A DNA stretch of 64,000 bases from an uncultured Verrucomicrobiota bacterium (GCA_964609905.1 CAZSUH010000002.1:3148-67147), one strand, 5' to 3'. Positions 16,969 to 26,943 are shown, counted from the stretch's first letter. The notes: generated by a model from the sequence alone, not told the origin. Program-made: numbers and translations.

Positions 16969-18039
16969 ATGAACGAATTCGAACGATTGGGGTTGGGTCT
17001 TGGCGGATTGCCTCTGCTCCACAATGCGCGCACGCGGTCGGTGTGCCCGGAGAATCCGACCGGCCAGAAAGGGCGCGGCGGCATGGCGGCGCCCGATCCG
17101 GAGAAATATCCCTTCAGTCCGGCGGCGAGTGACCTGGGGCAGGGCTGGAAGGTCAGTCCTTTCCACAAGGTGAAATCGGGCGAAACGCGGACCCTGATGG
17201 ACGCGGAGGGCCCGGGCGTGATTCAGCATATCTGGCTGGTCGCCGATCCGGCCAAGGGGCGCTCGCACATCCTCCGCTTCTATTGGGACGGCGAAGCGAC
17301 GCCGTCGATCGAAGTGCCGGTATCGGATTTCTTTGCCGTGGGGCATAACAAGTTTGCCCCCGTCAATTCACTGGCCGTCGTCGTCAATCCGGCCACGGCC
17401 TTCAACTGCTACTGGCCGATGCCGTTCCGGAAAAAGGCACGGATCACCTTCACGAACGAGGACCCGGACGATCTCGGCCTGCTGACCTATCAGATCACCT
17501 ACGCGGAAACCGAGGTGCCCGAGAACGCCGGCTATTTTCATGCGCAATGGAGGAGGGCGGTGACGGAACGCGCCAATCCCGACTACACGATCGTGGACGG
17601 CATTGCGGGCAGGGGAAAATATGTGGGGACGTTCCTGGCGTGGACCCAGCTATCCGCCGGCTGGTTCGGGGAAGGGGAGATCAAGTTCTTCATCGACGGC
17701 GACGGCCCGTTTCCGACCATTTGCGGGACGGGCACGGAGGATTACCTGTGCGGGAGTTACGGATTTCCGCAAAACTACAGCACGGCCTACGTCGGGAACG
17801 TGTTGAAGGCCGTGAGCGAGGACGGTCCGCCCAAATGGAGCCTCTATCGCTGGCACATCATGGACCCCATTTGTTTTGCCGCGGATCTGCGGGTGACCAT
17901 CCAGGCGCTGGGGTGGTGGCCGAACGGAAAATATCAGCCGTTGGCCGACGACATCGCCTCCGTGGCGTACTGGTATCAGAGCGAACCGCACCGGCCGTTC
18001 CCGGAGTTCCCATGCCTGGCCGAACGGTGGCCGCGATAA
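16969..18039 (+). CDS. DUF2961 / GH172 family protein (alpha-D-arabinofuranosidase / difructose-anhydride hydrolase family)
   Basis: ~356-aa DUF2961-like protein, cytoplasmic. Divergent from the GH127 gene across a 72-bp intergenic region. Confidence 0.55.
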   Translation: MNEFERLGLGLGGLPLLHNARTRSVCPENPTGQKGRGGMAAPDPEKYPFSPAASDLGQGWKVSPFHKVKSGETRTLMDAEGPGVIQHIWLVADPAKGRSHILRFYWDGEATPSIEVPVSDFFAVGHNKFAPVNSLAVVVNPATAFNCYWPMPFRKKARITFTNEDPDDLGLLTYQITYAETEVPENAGYFHAQWRRAVTERANPDYTIVDGIAGRGKYVGTFLAWTQLSAGWFGEGEIKFFIDGDGPFPTICGTGTEDYLCGSYGFPQNYSTAYVGNVLKAVSEDGPPKWSLYRWHIMDPICFAADLRVTIQALGWWPNGKYQPLADDIASVAYWYQSEPHRPFPEFPCLAERWPR

Positions 18040-18134
18040 CGCCACGCGCTATCGAGCCGGCCTCCGGCGATTCCCGGGATTGACTTTTGGGCCGTTTCCG
18101 CGCATCTTGCATCCGGTAACGGAAGGATCAGGAC

Positions 18135-18878
18135 ATGGCTGGACAACGGTTGAAATTGGGCGTCAACATCGATCACGTGGCGACGCTTCGGCAGGCGCGC
18201 GGCACGGTGTACCCGGCCGTGACCGAGGCTGCGGCGATTTGTGAAAAGGCGGGTTGCGACGGGATCACCGTGCACCTGCGCGAGGACCGCCGGCATATCC
18301 AGGACGCGGATGTGCGCGCCCTGCGCCGGCAACTCCACGTGCCGCTTAATCTCGAAATGGCCAACGCGGCACCCATTGTCAAAATCGCGCTGGCCGTGCG
18401 ACCCGACGAAGTCTGCCTGGTGCCCGAAAAGCGGCAGGAACTGACCACCGAGGGCGGTCTCGATGTGGCCGGCGCCCGCAAGCCGTTGAAGGCGACGGTT
18501 CGGGCCCTTTCCGGAGCAGGCATCACCGTGAGCATGTTCGTGGATCCGGATCCCGATCAACTGGAGGCCTCGGCCGAGATCGGGGCGCCGTGCGTGGAAC
18601 TCCATACGGGCACGTATGGAGACACCCGGGGCGCGGCGGCGGCCCGCGAGCTGAATCGACTCATCCGCGGGGCGGAGATCGCGCACCGGCTGGGGTTGCA
18701 GGTGAATGCCGGGCACGGCATCAATCTGGCCAACATGCCGGGCATTCTTCGAATTCCGCACCTGGACACCCTCAACATCGGCCACAGCATCGTGGCGCGG
18801 GCCGTGTTTGTGGGCTTGCACCATGCCGTCCGGGAGATGCGCCGCGCCATGGCCCCTTATCGGGGGGGGCGGGGATAG
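18135..18878 (+). CDS. pdxJ: Pyridoxine 5'-phosphate synthase
   Basis: LGVNIDHVATLRQARG and VHLREDRRHI motifs. Confidence 0.85.
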   Translation: MAGQRLKLGVNIDHVATLRQARGTVYPAVTEAAAICEKAGCDGITVHLREDRRHIQDADVRALRRQLHVPLNLEMANAAPIVKIALAVRPDEVCLVPEKRQELTTEGGLDVAGARKPLKATVRALSGAGITVSMFVDPDPDQLEASAEIGAPCVELHTGTYGDTRGAAAARELNRLIRGAEIAHRLGLQVNAGHGINLANMPGILRIPHLDTLNIGHSIVARAVFVGLHHAVREMRRAMAPYRGGRG

Positions 18879-18880
18879 CC

Positions 18881-19279
18881 ATGGACGTGATCGGCATCGG
18901 CATTGACCTGGTGGATGTGGCCCGCTTCAAGGAATCGCTGGACCGCTGGGACACCCGGTTCATCGACCGGATATTTCTGGAGGGCGAAAAGAGCTATTGC
19001 GAGGCCACGGCCCAGCCGTGGATGCACTATGCCGCCCGGTTCGCGGTCAAGGAAGCCGTGGCCAAGGCGTTTGCCACGGGCATCGGCCCCGGCTTGAGCT
19101 GGCTGGACATCGAAGTGTTGCGCGACTCCGGTTCGGGCGCGCCCTCCATCCGCTTGAGCGAAAAGGGGCGGACACTGGCGGACAGCCGCGGCGTGAAGCG
19201 GGTTTTGATCAGCATCTCGCACACGGGCCAGCAGGCGATCGCGCAAGCGATCCTGACGGGCCCGTGCGGGAAGGAGTGA
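18881..19279 (+). CDS. acpS: Holo-[acyl-carrier-protein] synthase
   Basis: GIDLVDVARF N-terminus and FAVKEAVAKA motif. Classical pdxJ-acpS linkage. Confidence 0.8.
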   Translation: MDVIGIGIDLVDVARFKESLDRWDTRFIDRIFLEGEKSYCEATAQPWMHYAARFAVKEAVAKAFATGIGPGLSWLDIEVLRDSGSGAPSIRLSEKGRTLADSRGVKRVLISISHTGQQAIAQAILTGPCGKE

Positions 19280-19283
19280 CGGC

Positions 19284-20849
19284 ATGAAAACGGTAACCGC
19301 CGCGCAGATGCGCGAGATCGACGCCAAGATGACCGCGGACTTTGGCATGACCGGCGAGTTGGTGATGGACCGCGCGGGATTTGGCGTGGCCCGGGCCGTG
19401 CAAAACCTGGCCGATCGCGCGGGTTTCACGGATCCGCTGGTCCAGATCTTTGCCGGCCGGGGCAACAACGGAGGCGATGCGTTCGTGGCGGCCCGCTACC
19501 TGGCCGAGGAGGATTTCGAGGTGGAGGTGTGGCTGGCCGGCACCGTGCGCGACCTGGAGGGGGACGCGTTGCGCGCGCACGGGCTGTTGAAGGCCGCCAA
19601 GGTCAATTGCACGGAACTGCCCACGCGGGCGGATTGGGACCGGTTGCTGGACGAATTGCCCGGGGGCGACATCCTGGTGGACGGCCTGCTGGGCACGGGA
19701 ATCACGGGCCCGGCGCGCGGCCCGGCGGCGGGCGCGATCCGCTACATCAACGCCAACGCGAGCCGCGGCTTTGTGGTGGCCATCGACATCCCCTCCGGCA
19801 TGAATGCGGACACGGGCGCGACCCCGGGCGACGTGGTGTGCGCGGATGAGACGGTGACGATCGGGCTGCCCAAGAAGGGGCTCCTCGTGCCGAGGGCCAT
19901 CGAGTATGTGGGCGCGGTGGAGGTGGCGGACATCGGCATCCCCTGGGAACTGGCGGGCCCCCTGCCGGCGGGGCGCGAACTGATCACGGCCGTGGATTTG
20001 CGCTCATTCCTTCCGAGGCGGATGCGGATGACCCACAAGGGCACCTATGGGCATGCCCTGATCCTGGCCGGGTCGATGGACTATCCCGGCGCGGCGCGGC
20101 TGGCCTTGGGCGGGGCCTTGCGGTCCGGCGCGGGCCTGGTGACGGCCTATGTGCCGGAGGGACTGTGGGAGGCGACGACGAGTTTTTTCCCCGAGGGGAT
20201 CGTGCGAAAGGGACCGATGACCGACACGGGCTCGCTGTCCGCGCGCGTGTGGGAAACGATCCGGCCGCGGCTGCGGGAGTTTTCGGCGGTGCTGATCGGC
20301 CCCGGCATGACGACGCATCCGGACACCCTGGCGCTGGTGAAGCTGGCGCTGGCGGAATGTCCGGCGCCCCTGGTTTTGGACGCCGATGCGCTGAATGTGC
20401 TGGCCGGGCAGGCGGCCCTGATCGCCAAGGCGAAGGGGCCGGTGGTGCTGACGCCCCATCCGGGCGAGATGGCGCGGTTGCTGGGCTGCACGACGGCGGT
20501 GGTGCAGGAGGAACGCGACGGGATCCTGGCGAAAGCCGTTGAAAAGAGCGGCGCCACCGTGGCCCTCAAAGGCGCGGGCACGCTGGTGGGTGCGCCGGGG
20601 CGCGGCGCCCACATGAATTTGAGCGGCAACCCCGGCATGGCCACGGGCGGCACGGGCGACGTGCTGGCCGGACTGCTGACGAGCCTGCTGGCGCAGGGCA
20701 TCGAGCCGTTCGACGCCGCCCGCGCGGCGGTCTATTTGCACGGCCATGCGGGCGATAGCGTGGTGTTGAGAGGCTCGCAGCATACGTTGATGGCCTCCGA
20801 CCTGATCGGGGAACTGACCGGGGTGTTCCGGGAACTGATGTTGCGGTAA
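19284..20849 (+). CDS. nnr: Bifunctional NAD(P)H-hydrate epimerase / ADP-dependent dehydratase (YjeF N + C domains)
   Basis: GNNGGDAFVAARYL in the N-domain, and PGMATGGTGDVLAG in the C-domain. Confidence 0.8.
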   Translation: MKTVTAAQMREIDAKMTADFGMTGELVMDRAGFGVARAVQNLADRAGFTDPLVQIFAGRGNNGGDAFVAARYLAEEDFEVEVWLAGTVRDLEGDALRAHGLLKAAKVNCTELPTRADWDRLLDELPGGDILVDGLLGTGITGPARGPAAGAIRYINANASRGFVVAIDIPSGMNADTGATPGDVVCADETVTIGLPKKGLLVPRAIEYVGAVEVADIGIPWELAGPLPAGRELITAVDLRSFLPRRMRMTHKGTYGHALILAGSMDYPGAARLALGGALRSGAGLVTAYVPEGLWEATTSFFPEGIVRKGPMTDTGSLSARVWETIRPRLREFSAVLIGPGMTTHPDTLALVKLALAECPAPLVLDADALNVLAGQAALIAKAKGPVVLTPHPGEMARLLGCTTAVVQEERDGILAKAVEKSGATVALKGAGTLVGAPGRGAHMNLSGNPGMATGGTGDVLAGLLTSLLAQGIEPFDAARAAVYLHGHAGDSVVLRGSQHTLMASDLIGELTGVFRELMLR

Positions 20850-20866
20850 GCGGGTTGGGAATCGGG

Positions 20867-21706
20867 ATGAGCGAGAGCAAAACGAAAATAGCGGGCCGGC
20901 CAAAACCGGATGCCGCCACGGCGGACGTGAACGACCTGCTGGCCATCATGGCCCGGTTGCGGGGACCGAACGGCTGTCCGTGGGACGCCGAGCAGACCCT
21001 GGAGACGCTCAAAACCTTCCTCATCGAAGAGTGTTACGAGGTGGTGGACGCCATCGATTCGGGCGACGCGGGCGCGCACCTCGAGGAGTTGGGCGATCTC
21101 CTGCTCCAGGTCGTGTTCCAGGCGCAACTCCGGGCCGAGCGGGGGGAGTTCCGGTTCCAGGACGTGGCGGATGTCATTCGCGACAAGCTGGTGCGCCGCC
21201 ATCCCCACGTGTTCGGCGAGGCGAAGGCCGCCAATTCCGGCGAGGTGATCAAGCATTGGGAGGCGATCAAGGCCGGTGAAAAGAAAAAAAACGCCGGGAA
21301 ATCGCAATCGGTACTGGCCGGCGTGCCCCGCAGCCTGCCGGCGCTTCACCGGGCGCAACAGGTGCAGGGCCGCGCCGCGCGGGTGGGGTTTGACTGGTCC
21401 GCGGTCGAGGATGTGGTGAAGAAGGTCGAGGAGGAACTGGCCGAGGTGAAGGAAGCCATGGCCTCCGGAGAAGCCGACCGCGTGGGCGACGAGATCGGGG
21501 ATCTTTTGTTCGCCGTCGTCAATTTGAGCCGTTTCCAGAAACTGCCGGCCGAGGAATTACTGGGCCGCGCCATCCGCAAATTTATCCGGCGGTTCGAGGC
21601 GGTGGAGGCGGGCGCCCGCGCGGCTGGAAAAAAACCCGCGGAGATGAGCTTGGCCGAGTTGGATGGATTATGGGAGGGGGCCAAGCGGCGGGAGCGCGGC
21701 GGCTGA
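20867..21706 (+). CDS. mazG: Nucleoside triphosphate pyrophosphohydrolase MazG
   Basis: Tandem MazG EE..E..D motifs (LIEECYEVVDAI, EIGDLLF). Alternative start at 20855. Confidence 0.75.
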   Translation: MSESKTKIAGRPKPDAATADVNDLLAIMARLRGPNGCPWDAEQTLETLKTFLIEECYEVVDAIDSGDAGAHLEELGDLLLQVVFQAQLRAERGEFRFQDVADVIRDKLVRRHPHVFGEAKAANSGEVIKHWEAIKAGEKKKNAGKSQSVLAGVPRSLPALHRAQQVQGRAARVGFDWSAVEDVVKKVEEELAEVKEAMASGEADRVGDEIGDLLFAVVNLSRFQKLPAEELLGRAIRKFIRRFEAVEAGARAAGKKPAEMSLAELDGLWEGAKRRERGG

Positions 21707-21733
21707 CGCCGCCGAACCGGGGGCGCGGTCTCG

Positions 21734-22855
21734 TTAGCGCGTGGGACGGCTGATCCAGGGCAGCAGACGGGCCATGGCGTTCTTGACCTCGTCCAGCCCC
21801 GCATGAGTGACCGCGGAAACAGGCAGCGCATCCGGAAAATCGCGCCGTAAGTCCGCCAACAGGGGTTGCACGTCGGGCCGGTCGGTTTTGTTGAGCAGCA
21901 TGAGACCGGGCACCCGGTCGGCTCCGATTTCCGCCAGCGTGTCGCGCACGACCTGCACGTGTTCGTGCGCGTAGGGATGGTTCGACTCGACCACGTGGAG
22001 CAGCAGGTCGGATTCGGCCAACTCCTCGAGCGTGGAGCGGAACGACGCGACCAATCCGTGGGGAAGGGAGCGGATGAACCCGACGGTGTCGGTGAGCAGC
22101 ACGTTGCGGCCGTCGGGGAGGTGGACCTGCCGGGTCTTGGTGTCGAGGGTGGCGAAGAGGCGGTCGTCCACGTACGCGCCGGCTTGGGCGGCGAGGGCGT
22201 TGAGCAGGGTGGATTTGCCGGCGTTGGTGTAGCCCACGAGGCTGACGACGGGAAAGGCGCGGTGGGCGCGGGTCAGGCGGCGGCGTTTCTGAATGAGCGC
22301 GAGCTTGTCCTCCAACTCCCGGATGCGGCGGCGCATGGCCACGTTGCGGATTTCCAGGGGGCTTTCGCCGGGGCCGCGCATCCCCGTGCCGCCGCCGAAC
22401 CGCGCCTGTTTCCTGGAAACCGGCAACCGGGAGAGCAGGTAACGCAACTGGGCCAGTTCCACCTGGATCTGCGATTCGGAGGAGCGGGCGCGGCGGGCGA
22501 AGATCTGGAGAATGAGCTCGGTGCGGTCGATGACCTTGAGGCCGAGGCCAAGATCCAGGTTGTTGACCTGCATGGCGGTCAGTTCGTTGTCGAAGATGAT
22601 GAGATCGGCGTTGGTCTGGCGGCAGGCGAGCTGGATTTCGGGGAGCTTGCCCTCGCCGATGTAAAATTGGGGCGTCGGCCGGTCCCGCTTTTGCGTGATG
22701 ACGCCGACGGCGACCAGGCCGGCGGTGTCCGCCAGCCGTTCCAGTTCGCCGATGGAGTCCTGGGCTTCGTCGCGGGTTTGGCGGCCGTGGATGACCTGGA
22801 CGAGGAGCGCTTTTTCAGGCTGCGCCGCGGCGGTGGGATGAAGTTTCCGGGGCAT
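21734..22855 (-). CDS. hflX: GTPase HflX
   Basis: HflX N-domain followed by G-domain motifs GYTNAGKST, DTVGF and NKTD. Confidence 0.8.
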   Translation of the reverse strand: MPRKLHPTAAAQPEKALLVQVIHGRQTRDEAQDSIGELERLADTAGLVAVGVITQKRDRPTPQFYIGEGKLPEIQLACRQTNADLIIFDNELTAMQVNNLDLGLGLKVIDRTELILQIFARRARSSESQIQVELAQLRYLLSRLPVSRKQARFGGGTGMRGPGESPLEIRNVAMRRRIRELEDKLALIQKRRRLTRAHRAFPVVSLVGYTNAGKSTLLNALAAQAGAYVDDRLFATLDTKTRQVHLPDGRNVLLTDTVGFIRSLPHGLVASFRSTLEELAESDLLLHVVESNHPYAHEHVQVVRDTLAEIGADRVPGLMLLNKTDRPDVQPLLADLRRDFPDALPVSAVTHAGLDEVKNAMARLLPWISRPTR

Positions 22856-22910
22856 GGTTTGAACTCTACCGCAAAACCGGCGGAAATGGAAATGCAATCG
22901 CGTTCACGCG

Positions 22911-23210
22911 TTACACCCCGAAGATATGGCGCAGGCGCTGGAGATGGGGCGTGGGGCGCGGCTCCAGGTAGAAGACCGGCTCCGGGGCCAGGTGGTGGAT
23001 GCATTCACGGCGGATGTCGCGGCGGGACTTGACGGAGGCCTGCTTTTTCCATAACAGGAACAACTCAAGGAGCTGGGCGTCCCCGATCGCGGGGCAGCCC
23101 CGTTTTCGGCGCCACATCGCCCGGGGGTTCGAGTAGCCCCAGCACCGGTCGCCGATGTTCAGCGGGCAGGCGTGGCATTTGCGGACGGGCTTGTGGGAGG
23201 AAAGGGGCAT
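22911..23210 (-). CDS. Small Cys-rich protein (possible zinc-finger / Fe-S; weakly DUF1289-like), translationally coupled to cutA
   Basis: CHAC...CWGY...RGC cysteine pattern. ATGA overlap with the cutA stop. The start choice is uncertain. Confidence 0.3.
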   Translation of the reverse strand: MPLSSHKPVRKCHACPLNIGDRCWGYSNPRAMWRRKRGCPAIGDAQLLELFLLWKKQASVKSRRDIRRECIHHLAPEPVFYLEPRPTPHLQRLRHIFGV

Positions 23211-23569
23211 CAGGAACGGGGCGGGGCGGAGGGGGGCGGCCCGGCCGGCGCGGTTTCCGCGTCGATCCATTTCAGGTAGGCGGGATCGCCGTCCAGAATG
23301 GGCGTGACGATGATTTCGGGAGTCTCGTACGGATGCACGGCGCGGATCGTCGCGATCACGGCGTCGCATTTGGACGCGGACGTCTTGATCTGAAGCCGGG
23401 TCTCCTCGACCTGCTGGATGTCGCCTTTCCACCAGAAGGCGCTGTGGATGGCGGAGGACTGGACACAGGCGGCCAGCCGGGGTTCCAGAAGCCCGGCGAT
23501 GATGCGGTCGACGGCCTCCTCGTTATCTACCGTGGTGGTGACGATCACGTATCGGGGTTCGTTCGCCAT
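23210..23569 (-). CDS. cutA: Divalent-cation tolerance protein CutA
   Basis: CutA1 fold signature, including HPYETPEI. Confidence 0.75.
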   Translation of the reverse strand: MANEPRYVIVTTTVDNEEAVDRIIAGLLEPRLAACVQSSAIHSAFWWKGDIQQVEETRLQIKTSASKCDAVIATIRAVHPYETPEIIVTPILDGDPAYLKWIDAETAPAGPPPSAPPRS

Positions 23570-23877
23570 GGGACACTCCTTGCCTGTATGCGGTAGATTG
23601 GACCGGCGATGACGCGGAATCAAGGATTTTAGGGTGGAAAAATGCCGGGGGATACGGATTTTTCGCTAAATAGTTATAGCAAACCCCATTTAAAAATCGT
23701 TAAATACCACCATGCCGATTACATGGGACGAGGTCAGGCATCGGGCCATCCGCTTTCCCGGGGACGGGGCGCGCGCGGTAACGACGGCGATAGAAAAGCG
23801 ACAACAAGGGGTCGCACGGTACCACCGGAAACTGACGCTTCCGGTGTCCAGTGAACCCGAGCGTTGGCTGAATAATC

Positions 23878-24777
23878 ATGCACATACTGAATATTGGATC
23901 GGTCAATATTGACCACGTATACGAGGTTGACCATTTGGTGCGTCCTGGCGAGACGATCGCCAGCACACGGGTCGACATCTTTGCGGGCGGCAAGGGGTTC
24001 AACCAGTCCATTGCGCTCGCCCGGGCTGGCGCTCCGACCCGGCACGTTGGGACAGTCGGTCGAGACGCGGCCTGGCTGATCGAGAAATTGCAGCGCGAAG
24101 GCATCGACATCGCGCAGATCAAGGTGACCGACATGCCGACGGGCCATGCCATCATCCAGGTGACCCCGACGGGTGAGAACGCGATTGTGCTTCATGGCGG
24201 AGCCAATGGCGCGGTGGCCGCGGAGGATGTGGCGCGGGCCGTGGCGTCCTGCTCCCGGGGAGACTTTCTGCTGGTTCAGAACGAGACCAGCGCGGTGGCG
24301 GACGCCATCCGGGAAGGGAAGCGCAGGGGGATGAAGGTGGTGTTCAATCCGGCGCCGATGTCCCCGGCGGTCCGCGACTACCCGTTGCAGGACGTGGATC
24401 TCTTCATTCTCAACGAGACCGAGATCGAAGATCTGACCGGCCGGAGTACGCCAGAGCGTGTGCGCGTCGACATGCTGGCTTCTTTTCCTCATGCCGCCAC
24501 AGTCCTGACTTTGGGACGGGAGGGCGCGGTATTCATGGACGCCGCCGGGATTCTGCGTCAACCGGGTTTTGCCGTGGAGGCCATCGATACGACCGCGGCG
24601 GGGGATACGTTCATCGGATACTTCCTCGCTGAATTCATGCGGACCGGCGAGCCGGTCAAGGCCTTGGCGCTAGGCTGCCGGGCCGCTGCCATTTCCGTGA
24701 CGCGGCGCGGCGCTTCAGATTCGATTCCATGGTTGCATGAGGTTCTTGGGAATGGCGGCCGCGTCTCTCAAGACTAA
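23878..24777 (+). CDS. rbsK: Ribokinase (PfkB family)
   Basis: GGKGFNQS ribokinase signature-1 and AAGDTFIGYF signature-2. Confidence 0.75.
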   Translation: MHILNIGSVNIDHVYEVDHLVRPGETIASTRVDIFAGGKGFNQSIALARAGAPTRHVGTVGRDAAWLIEKLQREGIDIAQIKVTDMPTGHAIIQVTPTGENAIVLHGGANGAVAAEDVARAVASCSRGDFLLVQNETSAVADAIREGKRRGMKVVFNPAPMSPAVRDYPLQDVDLFILNETEIEDLTGRSTPERVRVDMLASFPHAATVLTLGREGAVFMDAAGILRQPGFAVEAIDTTAAGDTFIGYFLAEFMRTGEPVKALALGCRAAAISVTRRGASDSIPWLHEVLGNGGRVSQD

Positions 24778-24835
24778 TTGATGCCAGAATGGCAAAGGGT
24801 ACTGCCGCGGAAACCGGGATGATGGAAGCGGCGGC

Positions 24836-25999
24836 CTACCCGTTCGGGGTGTCGGGCCCGAGCGTGGCCAACACGATCGCGGCGGCGCGATCTTCGGCGC
24901 CGGGTCCGCCCAGCCGGCTGATCACCTCGTCCAGGCCGTTCAGCATGGATGCCCGTTCGGGCGTAGGCGCGAGCAGGGGCTGAAGGGCCGCCGAAAGGGA
25001 TTCGGCCGACAGGGCATGCTGAACCAGTTCCGGGCACAGCTCGCGGCCCGCGATCAGGTTGACCATGCCAATGTGGGGCACCCGGACCAGGAGTTTGGCG
25101 AGGGCATACGAAACCGCGGCGATGCGATAGACGACCACCATGGGGCAGCGCATGAGCGCTGTTTCCACCGTGGCCGTGCCCGACGCCACGGCGGCGGCGG
25201 TCGCCTGTTTGAGGACTTCCCGGGTTTGCCCGCCGACCACGGATAGCCGCGCGGGGCGCGGGCCGGCATGGTGCGCGAGCCGTTCCCGCATGGCGGCGGC
25301 GTCGGTTTCCGTGGGCGTGGCAATGAGGCAGGAGAGGTCGGGAAAGGAGCGATTGAGCAGGCGGGCGGCGGCGAGTTGGACGGGAAGGAGGCGGTCGATT
25401 TCTCCCCGCCGGCTGCCGGGCAGAAGGGCCAACCGGGGCGCACCCTCGGGCCAGGGCAGGGGGGCGGGCGGGGCGGTCCGGATGGCCTGGGCCACGGCGA
25501 CCAGCGGATGACCGACAAAATCGATGGCAATTCCGGAGCCGGCCAACTGATCCTTTTCGAACGGAAAGAGGGTCAGTAGCCGGTCCACGGAGCGGGCCAT
25601 GAGGGGAATGCGGCCGCGGTGCCAGGCCCAGACCTGGGGACAGACGTAGTAGATGACCGGAATGCCGAGCCGGCGGGCGCACGCCGCGAAGCGGATATTG
25701 AAGCCGGGATAGTCCACCAGGATCACGGCGGCCGGCCGCCGGACTTTCGCGACCGCCTCCAGGCGATGGAAGACCCGGATGAAAAAGGGGAGGCGCGTGA
25801 TGACCTCGGTGAAGCCGACAACCGCCATGTCCGCGCTGTCCTGGAGGATCTCCATGCCCTCGGCGCGGAGCGCGTCCCCGCCGATCCCGAAAAAGCGAAG
25901 AGCGGGATCGCGGCGTTTCAGGGCCTGCACCAGGCCGGCGGCGAGCATGTCGCCCGACACCTCCCCGGCGATGACCATGAGTTCGCGTCCGGCCATCAA
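24836..25999 (-). CDS. lpxB: Lipid-A-disaccharide synthase
   Basis: GT19 family. Motif: MVIAGEVSGDMLAAGLVQALK...PGSRRGEI. Confidence 0.8.
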   Translation of the reverse strand: MMAGRELMVIAGEVSGDMLAAGLVQALKRRDPALRFFGIGGDALRAEGMEILQDSADMAVVGFTEVITRLPFFIRVFHRLEAVAKVRRPAAVILVDYPGFNIRFAACARRLGIPVIYYVCPQVWAWHRGRIPLMARSVDRLLTLFPFEKDQLAGSGIAIDFVGHPLVAVAQAIRTAPPAPLPWPEGAPRLALLPGSRRGEIDRLLPVQLAAARLLNRSFPDLSCLIATPTETDAAAMRERLAHHAGPRPARLSVVGGQTREVLKQATAAAVASGTATVETALMRCPMVVVYRIAAVSYALAKLLVRVPHIGMVNLIAGRELCPELVQHALSAESLSAALQPLLAPTPERASMLNGLDEVISRLGGPGAEDRAAAIVLATLGPDTPNG

Positions 26000-26943
26000 G
26001 AGCCTCCGGCGCGGATATGGCGGCAGATATCGATGGCCAGGTGGAGCGCCTCGGAGGCGCGGCGTCCGTCCACCACCGGCTCCTGGCGGTTACGCACGCA
26101 GGCGATGAAGGAGGCGAGTTCGCGCTCGAGCGCGTCGCTCTTTTCGATGGGCACCTCGGTGGGCACGATCCGGTTCTCCTCCTTGCGGATCAGGCGGGCA
26201 CTCTGGTTCTGGTAATCGAGCGAGAGATAGGTGTCTGGCTGGAAGACGCGGATTTTGCGCATCTTGTCCAGGCTTACCCGGGAGGCGGTGACATTGGCCA
26301 CGCAGCCGTTTTCGAACAGGAGCCGGACGTTGGCGATATCCTCGCTGGGGCTGAGGACGGGCACGCCGCAGGCGTGCAGTTCTTTGAGCGGGGAGCGGAC
26401 CAGATGGAGGATGACCTCCAAATCGTGGATCATGAGATCGAGTACCACGCTGACCTCCGTGCCGCGCGGGGCGAGGCCGGGGCGGGGAGGCGGGAAAGGG
26501 GCCAGGCGGGTGGCTTCGATAAAGCGGGGGCTCGTGAGCGCCTGCTCCAGGAAGGACATGACGGGATTGAACCGCTCCACATGGCCGACCTGGAGGATAA
26601 GGCTGCGCCGGGCGGCGGCGGCCACCAGGGCCTCGGCCTCCTCCATGGTGGAGGCGATGGGTTTTTCCACGAGCAAATGAAGGCCGCGTTCGAGCAGGGG
26701 CAGCGCTGTTTCGGCGTGCCGGTCGGTGGGCACGACGATGCTGGCCGCGTCGACCTGCGCAGCGAGCGCGGCGGGGGAATCGAACACGCGCGTGCCGTAG
26801 CGGGCCGCGATTTCCCGGGCCCGGGCGGGATCGGCGTCGCACACGCCGACGAGGGTGGCGCCGGGGCAGGAGGCGAACACTTTGGCGTGCCACTGGCCGA
26901 GGCTGCCGACCCCGATGACGCCCACTTTAACCGAATCGTTCAT
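25996..26943 (-). CDS. Gfo/Idh/MocA-family NAD-dependent oxidoreductase (GnnA-like candidate) embedded in the lpx cluster
   Basis: Rossmann fold VKVGVIGVGSLGQWH and an EKP motif. 4-bp overlaps on both sides, with lpxI upstream and lpxB downstream. Confidence 0.6.
   Translation of the reverse strand: MNDSVKVGVIGVGSLGQWHAKVFASCPGATLVGVCDADPARAREIAARYGTRVFDSPAALAAQVDAASIVVPTDRHAETALPLLERGLHLLVEKPIASTMEEAEALVAAAARRSLILQVGHVERFNPVMSFLEQALTSPRFIEATRLAPFPPPRPGLAPRGTEVSVVLDLMIHDLEVILHLVRSPLKELHACGVPVLSPSEDIANVRLLFENGCVANVTASRVSLDKMRKIRVFQPDTYLSLDYQNQSARLIRKEENRIVPTEVPIEKSDALERELASFIACVRNRQEPVVDGRRASEALHLAIDICRHIRAGGS

Noticed and set aside
23642-23854. 70-aa ORF in the rbsK upstream region
   Set aside because: No RBS and an Arg/Gly-rich composition. 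More likely a non-coding leader.
24774-25682. 302-aa minus-strand ORF overlapping lpxB in another frame
   Set aside because: lpxB in the adjacent frame has the GT19 signature. This frame is Pro/Arg/Gly low-complexity.
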